From NCBI GenBank assembly GCA_020051155.1, contig JAGVJK010000002.1, positions 2,411 to 66,410 of the forward strand: 64,000 nt of DNA, written 5' to 3'. Shown here one piece after another: positions 37,083 to 47,954 of the stretch; position 1 is the stretch's first letter, and every line of letters begins with the position of its first letter. The notes below the pieces were generated by a model. The model worked only from the letters and a program-made list of their open reading frames with translations. It was not told the DNA's origin and did no database searches. The stretch comes from Gammaproteobacteria bacterium (GTDB taxonomy: Bacteria > Pseudomonadota > Gammaproteobacteria > UBA1113). The translations under genes and the position numbers were made by a program.

Positions 37083-38454
37083 CACAGCACGTTAATTTTT
37101 TTGCCATAGGAATATGCAAAAATTCATTGGGGCCATGGGCATTAGAGTGTGGTCCCAGTACACCAGCAATTAAAAACTGGGCATGAGGAAATTTTTCACC
37201 GAGCATGCCCATAAAGGGAATGGATCCCCCTTCTCCCATGTACATAGCATCCTTACCATAAAAATGATGTGAAGCCTCTTGGTTCGCTTGTAATAGCCAC
37301 GGAGCAGTTTCCGGTGCATTCCAACCCGTGCCTCCTTGTTCAGGAATGAATTCGACCTTAGCACCATAGGGCGGATTTTTTTCTAAGGTTTGTTTTATTG
37401 CTTGAATGGCATCATCGGCATTACAAGTGGGAGGAATACGCATAGAAAGCTTGACGGTGGTTTGTGGACGTAAAACATTTCCTGCATTATCCAAGTGAGG
37501 CATATGACCGATGCCTGTAATACTCAGCGCGGGGCGCCAGGTACGATTCAATAATAATTCTGTTGGGTCGTTATTCACGGGTTGTACGCCTGGTAATACA
37601 GGCAATGCAGTAAAAACGGTCTCTTTTAAAATAGCAGCCGCTGCTTGTGCTTGCTCAACACGATGCTGTGGGATTTGAGTGTTTAGCTCAGGTAATAAAA
37701 CGTTTCCGGTTAATTGATCATCTAAGCGGTCGAGCAATTGCCGAAGAATGCGGAAGGTTTCTACGATGATACCGCTACCATAACCTGAGTGAATCCCTTC
37801 AGTCATGATTTGAATAGTCAGGTTACCGCCAACGAGTCCTCGTAGTGAAGTGGTACACCATAGTTGCTCATAGTTGCCACAGCCAGAGTCTAAACAAATG
37901 ACAAGCTCAGGTGTGCCAATTTGTTTTTGTAAAGCGTCGATATGATAGGGTAAATCGTAACTGCCACTTTCTTCGCACGCTTCAATTAAAATAACACAAC
38001 GACTGTGAGGAATATTTTGGCGTTGTAAGGCTTCGATGGCAGTGAGGGAAGCGAATACTGCGTAACCATCATCGGCACCGCCTCGACCAAATAAGTGATC
38101 GCCTTTGCGTACGGGCGTCCAGGGCGCCAAATCGGGTTGCCATCCTTCCATTTCCGGTTGTTTGTCTAAATGGCCATAGAGTAATACGGTGCGATCATCA
38201 TGCCCAGCAATGTCAATCAAAATGACGGGAGTTCGTTGTGGCAAGCGATGTACTTGCAAAGAAAGTCCTTTGATAGGGCGTTGCTCACACCAGTTTGTAA
38301 TTAATTGTACGGCTTTTTCCATGTGCCCTAGTGTTTCCCAATTGGGCTCAAATAGCGGTGATTTGTTGGGGATTTTAATAAACTCAATCAGTGTCGGCAG
38401 GATAGACTCTTCCCATACCTGTGTAACATCCTGCTGTAATTGCTGTGTATCCAT
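37036..38454 (-). CDS. M20-family metallodipeptidase
   Basis: LLYGHLDKQP, GRGGADDGYAVF and EACEESGS are M20 metal-ligand motifs. The 3' end overlaps the convergent antiporter gene by 47 bp. Confidence 0.8.
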   Translation of the reverse strand: MDTQQLQQDVTQVWEESILPTLIEFIKIPNKSPLFEPNWETLGHMEKAVQLITNWCEQRPIKGLSLQVHRLPQRTPVILIDIAGHDDRTVLLYGHLDKQPEMEGWQPDLAPWTPVRKGDHLFGRGGADDGYAVFASLTAIEALQRQNIPHSRCVILIEACEESGSYDLPYHIDALQKQIGTPELVICLDSGCGNYEQLWCTTSLRGLVGGNLTIQIMTEGIHSGYGSGIIVETFRILRQLLDRLDDQLTGNVLLPELNTQIPQHRVEQAQAAAAILKETVFTALPVLPGVQPVNNDPTELLLNRTWRPALSITGIGHMPHLDNAGNVLRPQTTVKLSMRIPPTCNADDAIQAIKQTLEKNPPYGAKVEFIPEQGGTGWNAPETAPWLLQANQEASHHFYGKDAMYMGEGGSIPFMGMLGEKFPHAQFLIAGVLGPHSNAHGPNEFLHIPMAKKLTCCVSYVLAQHFVNASSS

Positions 38455-38610
38455 GAAGCCCCTCCTGTTAACGCTTACAAACTATACGAGTAAATAATTA
38501 AAAAGACAATTGCATGCATGTCGTTTATCTGTTCAGAATTTATTAAGCTAAGAAGGTTTATTATTTTATCTATACTTTGGGAATGGTAGGGCATTAGAGG
38601 AGCTGTTCCT

Positions 38611-38841
38611 ATGCGACATTCGCAACATACATCCACTGATGATGAAATCTGGGGTGTCTATCAAGATGAAGACGTGCGGGAAGAGCTTATGGATGAGATA
38701 GAATTTGAATGGAGTGGCGAGTTTCGTAGTGGCATGCATCCCAAGAAAGGGCGTTCAACCAATGCTCGTCGATATATCGAGGAATATTGGGAAAATAAAC
38801 GGCTACGAGAAGTACAACAGGATATCTTGGATCTTGATTAG
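38611..38841 (+). CDS. Small acidic hypothetical protein (76 aa)
   Basis: GAGGAG lies 9 nt upstream of the ATG. The basic RRYIEEYWENKRLRE segment follows an acidic N-terminus. I am not confident of any family assignment. Confidence 0.4.
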   Translation: MRHSQHTSTDDEIWGVYQDEDVREELMDEIEFEWSGEFRSGMHPKKGRSTNARRYIEEYWENKRLREVQQDILDLD

Positions 38842-38899
38842 GGGCAGTTTGCCGCAAGCTAGCGAATTGTCAACAGCCCATAAAAAACATCTTTGTTTT

Positions 38900-39244
38900 T
38901 TATAAGCCAAGGACGTTGTCGTCTTCTGAAATGAGCCCAGCGAGTTTGTCTCGAAGGTTTTGTCGTTTAAGAATCTTTTCTTGGGCTACCACCGGTAGGT
39001 CAGTGAAGGTGATGACGTGTTTTCTTATCAGCAAATCAATCAAATCATCAAGGACACGGATCATTTGTAAATCACTTTTGATAAACTGTCGCTCTTTTTC
39101 ATCCATCAATATACCAACATTGAGAAAGTGAAGCACATCAGGATGGTTCTCTACAAGTTCTTCTTGGTGGAGCTCACTTTTAGTTTTGGAAATAGACGTA
39201 ATGGTACCATCCTTGTCACGGTGAACATAAAGCATCCGACACAT
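38900..39244 (-). CDS. Hypothetical protein (114 aa)
   Basis: ORF only. The DLQMIRVLDDLIDLLIRKHVITFTDLP segment looks like a conserved small-protein family that I cannot name. Confidence 0.45.
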   Translation of the reverse strand: MCRMLYVHRDKDGTITSISKTKSELHQEELVENHPDVLHFLNVGILMDEKERQFIKSDLQMIRVLDDLIDLLIRKHVITFTDLPVVAQEKILKRQNLRDKLAGLISEDDNVLGL

Positions 39245-39374
39245 CCTTGTATGGTTGATTTGATAACACTTATCTTATACTAAGCCAGCTATTTTTCAAA
39301 GTAGTCTCTACTGGATGCCTATGCTATACTCCGCGCGGGTTACAAACCTCTAAAAAATTCTTAGGGAGAAAAAT

Positions 39375-41741
39375 ATGGCTAAAAAATATTCGTCACCTAT
39401 TAAAACAGTGGTGTTAGGTGCCGGTGTGATGGGAAGTCAAATTGCAGGCTTGTTAGTAGATGCAGGGCTTCAAGTTACATTGTTGGATTTGGCAGCAGAG
39501 GGGAGTGATCCAAATAGCGGTCTGCAGCAAGCGATTGCACGATTGAAAAAATTAAAACCAGCACCTTTGATGTTGCCGGAGTTAGCCGATGCTATTGTGA
39601 TTGGCAATTATGAACAAGATTTAGAAAAACTTCAGGACGCTGATTTTGTCATTGAAGCGATTGCTGAGCGCATGGATTTAAAAGAACAGTTATATAAAAA
39701 AATAGCCCCCCATATTAATGAACACGCGGTGCTTGTGAGCAATACGTCTGGACTCAGCATTAATGAACTTGCAGAAAGTCTACCAGCAAAATTGCGCGAA
39801 CGTTTTTGTGGCGTTCACTTTTTTAATCCCCCTCGTTATATGAAATTGGTAGAAATCATTCCAAGCAAGTATACCGCCCCAGCATTATTAGATTCTCTTG
39901 AGTCATTTTTAGTGATGCAGTTAGGCAAAGGCGCAGTTCGTGCGAAGGATGAGCCCAATTTTATTGCTAATCGTTTTGGTGTGATGTCGATGTGTCACAT
40001 TCTTCGCTTGGCGCAAGATTTAAACTTAGGTTTTGATGCTATTGACGCGGTGACGGGTGTGTTGATTGGTCATCCCAAAAGTGCGACAGGTCGTACCATT
40101 GACGTTGTAGGGATTGACGTGTTGTTGCATGTTATTCATACGATGCATGAAGGTTTGAAAAACGATCCTTGGGCCGCATTGTTCGATGCCCCCAAATGGT
40201 TGAAAGAGTTAGTTGCACAAGGTGCCTTAGGACAAAAAACAGGTGCTGGTATTTATCGTAAACAAGGTAAAGACATTTTAGTGTTCGACGTCGCAACCAA
40301 TACTTACCGCAAAGCTAACCCAGAAGTGGATAGCGAAGTGCTAGAGATTTTAAAAATAAAAAATCCAACAGAAAAAATGGAAAAATTACGACAATGCCAG
40401 AAACCACAAGCGGTGTTGTTGTGGAATATTTTCCGAGAGCTTTTTCATTATTGTGCATACCACGCCACCACGGTTGCTGAAACAACGCGCGACATTGACT
40501 TAGCGATGCGCTGGGGATTTGGTTGGTCCGAAGGTCCCTTCGAATCATGGCAAGCCTGTAGTTGGAAAAAAGTGATTGGTTGGATTGAAGAAGATATCAA
40601 AAATGGCAAATCCTTCACTCGAGCGCCATTGCCAGAGTGGGTGAAAAAAATTGATCATGTTTACGATGAAGCAGGTGCTTATAATTTCCATACCGGCAAA
40701 CAACAAAAGCCGTCATCATTACCGGTGTATCAACGACAATTGTTCCCCACTCAATTAGTCGGACAAAAAAACAAGTTCGGCGAAACCATTATGGAAAATG
40801 AAGGGTTACGGTTGTGGCATATGAATGATGGTATTGCCATTGCGACCTTTAAAACAAAAAATAATATTATTACGGATGCCGTGATTTCAGGATTGATCGA
40901 CAGCGTAGCCATTGCAGAAGCTGATTTTAAAGGCTTAGTGCTATGGCAGGGCGATACTGAGAACTTTTGCTATGGCGCTGATTTAAAAAACTTTAGTCTG
41001 AAGTTTGTCGGTGATCCTGCTGGACTCAGAGATTTAGTAGCGGGCTTCCAAGACATGGTATTAAAACTACGTTACTCGCGAGTGCCAGTAGTTGCTGCAA
41101 TACGTGGCATGGTTCTCGGTGGTGGTGTAGAGATTTGCCTGCATGCAGCACGGGTAGTGGCTGCAGCGGAAACTTACATGGGATTAGTGGAAGCCGGCGT
41201 TGGTATTTTACCTGCGGGCGGAGGGTCGAAGGAAATGGCATTGCGAGCGGCGCAATATGCTGAGGGACGTGATCCTTTTGTAAAAATAAAACAATTCTTT
41301 GAGCAATTGGCGATGGCAAAAGTCACCAGCAGTGCATTAGAGGCAAAAAAATTCCATTACTTGCGTCCCACAGACGTAATTTTGATGAATAGCAATGAAA
41401 TTCTCTATGGCGCAAAGGCGTGTATTGAGCAAATGAATGCTGCGGGATATTTGCCACCTATTCCTCCGCGAATCCCCGTAGTGGGACGACCGGGACTTGC
41501 AACCTTACAAGCAGTGCTAGAAAACATGAGAGCCGGTCATTTTATCTCTGATTATGATGATGAAATTGCAACAGCTATTGCAACGATTCTTTGTGGTGGC
41601 AATGTGAATGCCAACACCGTCGTTGATGAAACATGGCTGTTGAATTTAGAGTTGGATCATTTTGTGAAGTTAGCACAACAAGAAAAAACTTTGCAGCGGA
41701 TTCAACATACCTTAACCACGGGTAAGCCATTGCGCAATTAA
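39375..41741 (+). CDS. 3-hydroxyacyl-CoA dehydrogenase / enoyl-CoA hydratase fusion (FadN/FadB-like, dehydrogenase domain first)
   Basis: N-terminal Rossmann motif VVLGAGVMGSQIA plus GVHFFNPPRYMKLVEII (3HCDH). The C-terminal crotonase region contains GADL and VVAAIRGMVLGGGVEICL. Confidence 0.85.
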   Translation: MAKKYSSPIKTVVLGAGVMGSQIAGLLVDAGLQVTLLDLAAEGSDPNSGLQQAIARLKKLKPAPLMLPELADAIVIGNYEQDLEKLQDADFVIEAIAERMDLKEQLYKKIAPHINEHAVLVSNTSGLSINELAESLPAKLRERFCGVHFFNPPRYMKLVEIIPSKYTAPALLDSLESFLVMQLGKGAVRAKDEPNFIANRFGVMSMCHILRLAQDLNLGFDAIDAVTGVLIGHPKSATGRTIDVVGIDVLLHVIHTMHEGLKNDPWAALFDAPKWLKELVAQGALGQKTGAGIYRKQGKDILVFDVATNTYRKANPEVDSEVLEILKIKNPTEKMEKLRQCQKPQAVLLWNIFRELFHYCAYHATTVAETTRDIDLAMRWGFGWSEGPFESWQACSWKKVIGWIEEDIKNGKSFTRAPLPEWVKKIDHVYDEAGAYNFHTGKQQKPSSLPVYQRQLFPTQLVGQKNKFGETIMENEGLRLWHMNDGIAIATFKTKNNIITDAVISGLIDSVAIAEADFKGLVLWQGDTENFCYGADLKNFSLKFVGDPAGLRDLVAGFQDMVLKLRYSRVPVVAAIRGMVLGGGVEICLHAARVVAAAETYMGLVEAGVGILPAGGGSKEMALRAAQYAEGRDPFVKIKQFFEQLAMAKVTSSALEAKKFHYLRPTDVILMNSNEILYGAKACIEQMNAAGYLPPIPPRIPVVGRPGLATLQAVLENMRAGHFISDYDDEIATAIATILCGGNVNANTVVDETWLLNLELDHFVKLAQQEKTLQRIQHTLTTGKPLRN

Positions 41742-41769
41742 GCCAAACATTTTATTGGAGGATAAAAAA

Positions 41770-42966
41770 ATGAAAAGCATTCAGGATGTCTATGTTGTTT
41801 CTGCGGTGAGAACGCCCGTGGCTAAAGCGCGCGGAGCTTTTCTTCATACGCGCCCCGATGATTTATTAGCTCACGTGCTAAAAGCTTCATTAGCGAAAGT
41901 TCCTAGTTTAGATCCTGCGGCTATTGATGATGTCATCATTGGTTGTGCGATGCCAGAGGCAGAGCAGGGTATGAACGTCGCGCGAATCGGTATTTTGTTA
42001 GCAGATTTGCCAAACACGGTGCCTGGAATGACTGTCAATCGTTTTTGCTCCTCGGGGATTCAAACCGTTTCCTTAGCAGCTGATCAAATTGCTTTGGGCA
42101 GAGCCGATGTGATCATTGCCGGTGGTACGGAGTCAATGACACTGGTTCCTATGGGCGGGCACGGTTATCGCGCAAATCCAGAATTTTTTACCGATCATAA
42201 TAAGCATGTGGCTATCGCTTATGGGATGGGGATTACCGCAGAAAATGTGGCAGCGCAGTGGCATATAAGCCGTGAAGAGCAAGATATTTTTTCTTACGAA
42301 AGCCACCAAAAGGCATTAAAGGCATTGGAGTCTGGCGCGTTTAAAGAAGAAATAACGCCCTACGAAGTCCATCGTTATTCACCAGATTTCGCTAGCAATC
42401 ATGTTGTGGAACAATCTTTTTTATTTTCACAAGATGAAGGTCCACGTCGCGATACATCTTTAGAAAGATTGGCAAAGCTGCCCACGGTCTTTGATGCAAA
42501 GGGTACCGTAACCGCGGGTAACAGTAGTCAAATGAGCGATGGTGCTGGCGCTTTGGTGTTAGTCAGTGAGAAAGCCTTGAAGCAATTTAATCTGCAACCT
42601 ATTGCACGTTTTGTGGATTTTGCAGTAGCGGGTGTTCCTCCAGAAATTATGGGCATTGGTCCTAAGGAAGCGATTCCAAAAGTGTTAAAACGTTCTGGAT
42701 TAACCTTGCAACAAATCGATTGGATTGAATTAAATGAAGCCTTTGCTGCGCAATCCTTAGCGGTGATCAAAGATTTGAATTTAGATCCTAGTAAGGTCAA
42801 TCCGAACGGTGGTGCTATTGCTCTCGGACATCCTTTGGGAGCAACAGGGGCTATTCGTTCTGCAACGGCGATTCATGGTTGTCGTTTGCAGAAGAAAAAA
42901 TATGCGATGGTAACCATGTGCATTGGTACAGGCATGGGTGCATCAGGTATTTTTGAAATTTTATAA
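41770..42966 (+). CDS. fadA: Acetyl-CoA C-acyltransferase (thiolase)
   Basis: The ATG at 41770 lies 7 nt after GGAGGA. VNRFCSSGIQ (active-site Cys), NGGAIALGHPLGATG and CIGTGMGA. Confidence 0.9.
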   Translation: MKSIQDVYVVSAVRTPVAKARGAFLHTRPDDLLAHVLKASLAKVPSLDPAAIDDVIIGCAMPEAEQGMNVARIGILLADLPNTVPGMTVNRFCSSGIQTVSLAADQIALGRADVIIAGGTESMTLVPMGGHGYRANPEFFTDHNKHVAIAYGMGITAENVAAQWHISREEQDIFSYESHQKALKALESGAFKEEITPYEVHRYSPDFASNHVVEQSFLFSQDEGPRRDTSLERLAKLPTVFDAKGTVTAGNSSQMSDGAGALVLVSEKALKQFNLQPIARFVDFAVAGVPPEIMGIGPKEAIPKVLKRSGLTLQQIDWIELNEAFAAQSLAVIKDLNLDPSKVNPNGGAIALGHPLGATGAIRSATAIHGCRLQKKKYAMVTMCIGTGMGASGIFEIL

Positions 42967-43018
42967 ACCGCTTGCTCATGAAGATGCTTCGCATCTTGAA
43001 GTAGAGGAGGTATGGACG

Positions 43019-43504
43019 ATGAACAAACATATCATTAATGTTGAGATCAATGCGCAGCAAGCACAATTGTGGCAAGGCGATAGTTTGCTGCGCACGTATT
43101 TGGTGTCAACGGCGCGTAATGGTATAGGTCAGCAAACGGGAAGCCTACAGACGCCTTTAGGGCGTCATCAAATTGTTGAGAAAATCGGCGAGGGCATGGC
43201 ATTAAATACGGTCTTTCGTCATCGCAAACCCACCGGTGAGCTTTACACGCCTTATTTGAATCAAACGCAACCTGGTCGTGATTGGATCATCACTCGTATT
43301 TTACGTCTTGCGGGCCTAGAGGAAGGTCATAATCAAGGAGGAACGGTGGATACCCTGCAACGGTGTATCTATTTCCATGGTGCGCCGGATGAATCTCCCA
43401 TGGGGATTCCAGCCTCTCATGGCTGTATTCGTATGCATAACTGGGATATTATCGACTTATTTGACCGCGTCTCAGTGGGAACTCTGGTAAATATAGTGCC
43501 ATAG
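43019..43504 (+). CDS. YkuD-domain L,D-transpeptidase-family protein (161 aa)
   Basis: The ATG at 43019 follows GAGGAGG. IYFHGAPDE...PASHGCIRMHNWDIIDLF is the catalytic motif. Confidence 0.75.
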   Translation: MNKHIINVEINAQQAQLWQGDSLLRTYLVSTARNGIGQQTGSLQTPLGRHQIVEKIGEGMALNTVFRHRKPTGELYTPYLNQTQPGRDWIITRILRLAGLEEGHNQGGTVDTLQRCIYFHGAPDESPMGIPASHGCIRMHNWDIIDLFDRVSVGTLVNIVP

Positions 43505-43541
43505 CATGTATAATCGGTCTTTTTAGCAGAAGGTAGGTTTA

Positions 43542-43883
43542 ATGAACAACAAGCGAATATTCAAGGTAAGCTTTTTACAAGAAGATTCTGTATTTGAAAT
43601 TTACGCTAAAAGCGTTGCAGAATCGGATATGTTTGGCTTTTTAGTGGTAGAAGGCGTGTTGTTTGGTGAAAAAACTTCTATTGTGGTGGATCCCTCCGAA
43701 GAGCGATTAAAAGCAGAATTCAATGGTGTGAAGCGCACTTATATTCCCATGCATGCTGTGTTACGCATTGATGAAGTAGAGCAACAAGGCGCTGCAAAAG
43801 TTAAACCTACGACAAAAGAGACAGCCAGCAAAGTCACACCCTTCGCGAAATCCCTTTATAAGCCTCAGGATGAAAGTCATTAA
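43542..43883 (+). CDS. DUF1820-family protein
   Basis: IFKVSFLQEDSVFEIYAKSV...FGFLVVEGVLFGEKTSIVVDPSEERLKAEFNGVKRTYIPMHAVLRIDEV matches my recollection of this family. Confidence 0.6.
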   Translation: MNNKRIFKVSFLQEDSVFEIYAKSVAESDMFGFLVVEGVLFGEKTSIVVDPSEERLKAEFNGVKRTYIPMHAVLRIDEVEQQGAAKVKPTTKETASKVTPFAKSLYKPQDESH

Positions 43884-43904
43884 AATAAATTGTAAGGATA
43901 ACCT

Positions 43905-44948
43905 ATGAAATCTCTTGGTCCATTGATCATTGATGTACAAGGAACGATCTTAACGGAGGAAGATAAGCAGTTATTATCTCACTCCTTAGTGGGCGGCGTT
44001 ATTTTATTTACCCGTAACTTTGAATCAATTTCACAATTAATTGCGTTAGTGCAGCAGATTAAACAGTTGCGAACACCTGCGTTAATGATCACGGTAGACC
44101 ATGAAGGCGGACGTATTCAGCGTTTTCGTCAGGGCTTTCATGCGTTACCTAGCCTTGGTTCTATTGGCCAATGTTATGAGCAAGATCCCAAAGAAGCTCG
44201 TCAGCTCGCTCACCAGGCAGGTTGGCTCATGGCTAGCGAATTAAAAGCGGTGGGTATTGATGTCAGTTACGCTCCAGTTTTAGATATTGATCGTCAACTG
44301 AATACAGTGATTGGTGATCGTAGTTTTCATCAACAACCAGCGATCATTACTGATTTAGCGAGAGCTTACATTGATGGAATGAATCGAGCGGGGATGTTAG
44401 CCATTGGCAAACATTTTCCAGGGCACGGTGGTGTATCAGCAGATTCTCATATCGATATTCCTGTAGATTCGCGTTCGATGTCGTCAATAGAGGCTGAAGA
44501 TTTACAACCCTTTGCTCAGTTAATTCATGAGTCACGGTTGGCAGGTATTATGCCGGCTCATGTGTGTTATCCAGCGTTAGATCCGATGCCAACAACTTTT
44601 TCTTCGCACTGGTTGGTGACTGTTTTGCGACAACAGCTAGGATTTCAAGGGTTAGTTATTAGTGATGATTTGGGTATGGCAGGTGCTTCCATGGTGGGTG
44701 ATTACCCGACGCGCTTGCGTTTAGCATTGGCTTCCGGTTGTGATATGGCATTGCTTTGCAATCAGCGAGCAGAGGTGAAAACAGTGCTTGCCGCCTGTGA
44801 AGAGTTAGCTTTAGATTTAACCGACAGTATTGCGCCTTTTACAAAACCCGCATTGGTGACTAGCCTTGCGCAATTGCAACAGCAAACGCAATGGCAAGCA
44901 GCTACGCAAGCCATGCAAGAGTTTTTTGAAAAAAGTGTGATGAGTTAA
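43905..44948 (+). CDS. nagZ: Beta-N-acetylhexosaminidase (peptidoglycan recycling)
   Basis: [25 protein letters not shown] and VISDDLGM. Confidence 0.9.
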   Translation: MKSLGPLIIDVQGTILTEEDKQLLSHSLVGGVILFTRNFESISQLIALVQQIKQLRTPALMITVDHEGGRIQRFRQGFHALPSLGSIGQCYEQDPKEARQLAHQAGWLMASELKAVGIDVSYAPVLDIDRQLNTVIGDRSFHQQPAIITDLARAYIDGMNRAGMLAIGKHFPGHGGVSADSHIDIPVDSRSMSSIEAEDLQPFAQLIHESRLAGIMPAHVCYPALDPMPTTFSSHWLVTVLRQQLGFQGLVISDDLGMAGASMVGDYPTRLRLALASGCDMALLCNQRAEVKTVLAACEELALDLTDSIAPFTKPALVTSLAQLQQQTQWQAATQAMQEFFEKSVMS

Positions 44949-44970
44949 TTTTTACAAAGGAAATCAGAGG

Positions 44971-45531
44971 ATGTCTTTACCAGTACACATTCGTGAAGTT
45001 TATAAGCGTGCTACCTGTCTTTATACTAAAACAGAGGTAGAGGCCGCTTTGGATGATATGGCAGAGGCCATTCACGATCGTTTATCAGACTCTAACCCAG
45101 TTTTATTAGCGGTAATGGTGGGTGGTTTAGTACCCCTAGGTAATTTATTACCGCGCTTAAATTTTCCCTTAGAAGTCTCGTATTTACATGCCACTCGTTA
45201 TCGTGGCGGATTGCAAGGGACGGATATTCAGTGGCGAGCAGTTTCACCGGTCCCCCTAGCAGGGCGCACTGTCTTAGTGGTGGATGATATTTTAGATGGC
45301 GGTATTACCTTACAAGCTATCTTAGAACATCTTCGCGCAGAAGGCGTTAAGGAAGTTTATAGCGCCGTGTTAGTGGATCGACAATTAGATCGAGCACCCG
45401 GTGGTTTAGCCCACGCAGATTTTACCGGACTCACGGTTTCCCATGGTTATGTCTTTGGTTATGGAATGGATTACAAAGAGTATTTGAGAAATGCTCCTGG
45501 CATTTATGTGGTGGCTCCCGAAGATGAGTGA
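44971..45531 (+). CDS. hpt: Hypoxanthine/guanine phosphoribosyltransferase-family protein
   Basis: PRPP-binding motif [14 protein letters not shown], in a protein of 186 aa. Confidence 0.8.
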   Translation: MSLPVHIREVYKRATCLYTKTEVEAALDDMAEAIHDRLSDSNPVLLAVMVGGLVPLGNLLPRLNFPLEVSYLHATRYRGGLQGTDIQWRAVSPVPLAGRTVLVVDDILDGGITLQAILEHLRAEGVKEVYSAVLVDRQLDRAPGGLAHADFTGLTVSHGYVFGYGMDYKEYLRNAPGIYVVAPEDE

Positions 45532-46276
45532 AATTGCAATTCTTGGTGGCTCTGCCATGCCAAATTTACGGGATTTGAATGTGATACGAGAGGAAGAGGT
45601 GTCAACGCCCTTTGGCGCACCATCGGCACTTTTGCGTATTGGAAAATTTGGCGGCAAGGAAATTATTTTTTTAGATCGTCACGGCTTCTCTTTACAGTCC
45701 GGTTATCTCCCGCCCCACAGAATTAATTATCGTGCCAATTTGTTTGCATTGTACCAAGCGGGCGTTAAAAAAATCATTGGTGTTAGTATTGTTGGTGGTA
45801 TTCGGTCTGATATGACCCCGGGGCATTTTGTATTTCCTGATCAATTGATCGATTATACTCACGATCGTCCCAGCACTTTTTTTGAAGATCATTTTGAGCG
45901 AGTGCATCATACGGATTTTACCTATCCTTATTGCCCACAATTACGAGAGTTATTTATTCGTTCATCACAACAATTAAATTTGAGTTACTCTGATGATGCA
46001 ACCTATGGCGTGACGCAAGGACCTCGTTTTGAAACTATCGCAGAAATTAATCGTCTCGAACGTGATGGTTGCGATATCGTAGGTATGACTGCAATGCCAG
46101 AAGCGCTGCTCGCGCGCGAATTAAACATGTCTTACGCTAGTATTGCCGTGGTGGGAGATAAGGCCGCCGGGCGTAGTGATGGACTTCGCAATCGCATGGA
46201 AGAGATTAAGGATGTTGTCGATGCGAGTATGGAAAAAATGCGCGAATTATTAAAGCTCATTGTTAGCCAACTGTAA
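45524..46276 (+). CDS. Purine nucleoside phosphorylase family 2 (MTA/MTI phosphorylase)
   Basis: The ATG at 45524 ([10 protein letters not shown]) overlaps the hpt stop (ATGAGTGA). FLDRHG, INYRAN and [19 protein letters not shown]. Confidence 0.85.
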   Translation: MSEIAILGGSAMPNLRDLNVIREEEVSTPFGAPSALLRIGKFGGKEIIFLDRHGFSLQSGYLPPHRINYRANLFALYQAGVKKIIGVSIVGGIRSDMTPGHFVFPDQLIDYTHDRPSTFFEDHFERVHHTDFTYPYCPQLRELFIRSSQQLNLSYSDDATYGVTQGPRFETIAEINRLERDGCDIVGMTAMPEALLARELNMSYASIAVVGDKAAGRSDGLRNRMEEIKDVVDASMEKMRELLKLIVSQL

Positions 46277-46414
46277 CCACATTTTTTTAAAACCCGCTAC
46301 ACTTAAGTTTTGCATGAAGGGCAATTGCTCAAGTTTATGCAAGAAATAGAGGTAGGAGAATGGGGTTGTACAAAAACATTCCATATCTCGGAATAAATAT
46401 CAAAGGAGATAGAA

Positions 46415-46912
46415 ATGAAACATCAATTAACTAAAACAATGGGTCTTGCAATGGTTGGCGCTGCATTATTAGTGGCTGCTCCTGTGTTTGCAAGCAGCCA
46501 CAATTCATCAGCTTCAGAAGGAGTGTCTTGGCATAGCCATGATCGTGGTAGCATTATTGACCTTTTACAAAAACGTGCCAAAGAGTTCAATTTAACGGCC
46601 GATCAAAAAGATAAAATCAAAGCACTACGTGCAACTAATGAAACAGAAAGAAAAGCATTTTGGGCTGAAATGAAAAAAGATCGACAAGAAATGCGTCAGT
46701 TAATACAAAGCAAAGATTATACGGAAGATAAAGCAAAAGAAATGATTGCTGCAAAATCAGAAGCTCGACAAAAAATGATGTTAATGCGGGCAAACACAGC
46801 ACATCAAGTATGGCTAGTGTTAACACCTGAACAACAACAAAAAGTACAAGCGATGATGGAAAAACGTGAAGCTAAAGTAAAAGCTATAATGGAAAAACAT
46901 AGCAAAAGCTAA
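46415..46912 (+). CDS. Spy/CpxP-family periplasmic chaperone
   Basis: Signal peptide ...APVFASS. Two LTxxQ motifs (LTADQKDKIKAL and LTPEQQQKVQAM) in a helical, Lys/Glu-rich protein. Confidence 0.75.
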   Translation: MKHQLTKTMGLAMVGAALLVAAPVFASSHNSSASEGVSWHSHDRGSIIDLLQKRAKEFNLTADQKDKIKALRATNETERKAFWAEMKKDRQEMRQLIQSKDYTEDKAKEMIAAKSEARQKMMLMRANTAHQVWLVLTPEQQQKVQAMMEKREAKVKAIMEKHSKS

Positions 46913-46924
46913 TCATTTGTCTTT

Positions 46925-47794
46925 CTAAGAAAAAGGGCGAGTATGACTTGCCCTTTGTTTTTCTGGCGTAGGAAAAGTGAGTTGTGTATTCGTCGTTTCC
47001 CCATTTTTTATGGGTACGGTGAGATTGCATTTACTTACTCCATCCCGTCCCCTTATTTCATAGTGACCAGCGGGTAAGTAAAAGTCAGTGTTGGCAATGG
47101 AGCTGCTGGTGACGGGTTTTTGTTTTGTTGAATCAAGGTAAATTTCCCATCGTACATGCTTCGACAAAATGGTGTCATCATGGACGCCACTCAGTGTCAA
47201 TTTTCCGACGGGAATGCTAATGGTTTGCTTCTGATGTACTCCCTCTTTGACGTGCAATAATTTCTTAGCGTGATAATGCCCATAATCGATAAACAGATCA
47301 TATTGTCCTGCCGGTAGTGTAAAGGAGGGGTATTGGCTAATTGTTTTAACAATGTGATGTTTATTGCCAAGACTGCCAGCCGCGGGCTGAATCAACCATC
47401 TTGCGCCTTTATGTGCAAAAGGATGCCCATCAGGGGTTTCTGTAAAAAACTTAATAGTTCCTGCCTTGAAATTAACTGTTTTATGGGGCGGGGTATCTTT
47501 TGAAATAAGCAGCGGCTCCTCGACCCGGCTTTCGCGGTAACGTGCTACCAACCGATAATGACCTGGGTAAATATAAATCAAAGGCTTAGCCTCCTTTGAG
47601 TAATATAAAATGGCATCCGTTTTAGGATGTTTAATCCACCAACGTAGATTCTTCTTTAGAGGAAGCTCATCGCGATTGACCTGCGCCTCTAGCTGGATGG
47701 CATAGTAACCAGGGTGTTCGGGTACAACAACAGCACCAGCCCCTTCGCAAAGGCCTATGGTTAATAACATTAATCCATAACGCAATCGGCTCAT
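46925..47794 (-). CDS. Secreted hypothetical protein with three internal ~90-aa repeats
   Basis: Signal peptide MSRLRYGLMLLTIGLCEGAGA. Recurring RW-x-I ... (Y/L)P(G/A)G(H/Q)Y(R/D/E)(L/I) units: RWWIKH..YPGHYRLVARY, RWLIQP..LPAGQYDLFIDY, and RWEIYL..LPAGHYEIRGRD. Confidence 0.6.
   Translation of the reverse strand: MSRLRYGLMLLTIGLCEGAGAVVVPEHPGYYAIQLEAQVNRDELPLKKNLRWWIKHPKTDAILYYSKEAKPLIYIYPGHYRLVARYRESRVEEPLLISKDTPPHKTVNFKAGTIKFFTETPDGHPFAHKGARWLIQPAAGSLGNKHHIVKTISQYPSFTLPAGQYDLFIDYGHYHAKKLLHVKEGVHQKQTISIPVGKLTLSGVHDDTILSKHVRWEIYLDSTKQKPVTSSSIANTDFYLPAGHYEIRGRDGVSKCNLTVPIKNGETTNTQLTFPTPEKQRASHTRPFS
46932..46963 (+). terminator. Possible intrinsic terminator for the spy-like gene
   Basis: AAAGGGC...GCCCTTT stem followed by GTTTTTC. 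It overlaps the last codons of the convergent 289-aa ORF. Confidence 0.4.
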
Positions 47795-47954
47795 TATTAT
47801 TGATCATCATCTATCTGTTTATCTATTAACCAATATAGACGAAAGTTAAGCAGTTTTAGCGAGAATATGGTGTGATTTTTGGCCAATGTCGCCATTAAAA
47901 GTCAATCTTGATATAATTCTTAGCCTTAGGATGGTGCTGGCGAGGGAGCAAGGA

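Noticed and set aside
46296-46345. Repeated AAGTTTTGCATGAAG / AAGTTTATGCAAGAA boxes upstream of the spy-like gene, considered as CpxR/BaeR-type response-regulator sites
   Set aside because: They do not match the GTAAA-N5-GTAAA CpxR consensus that I know, and the spacing (~26 bp) is atypical. I noted them only as a possible operator.
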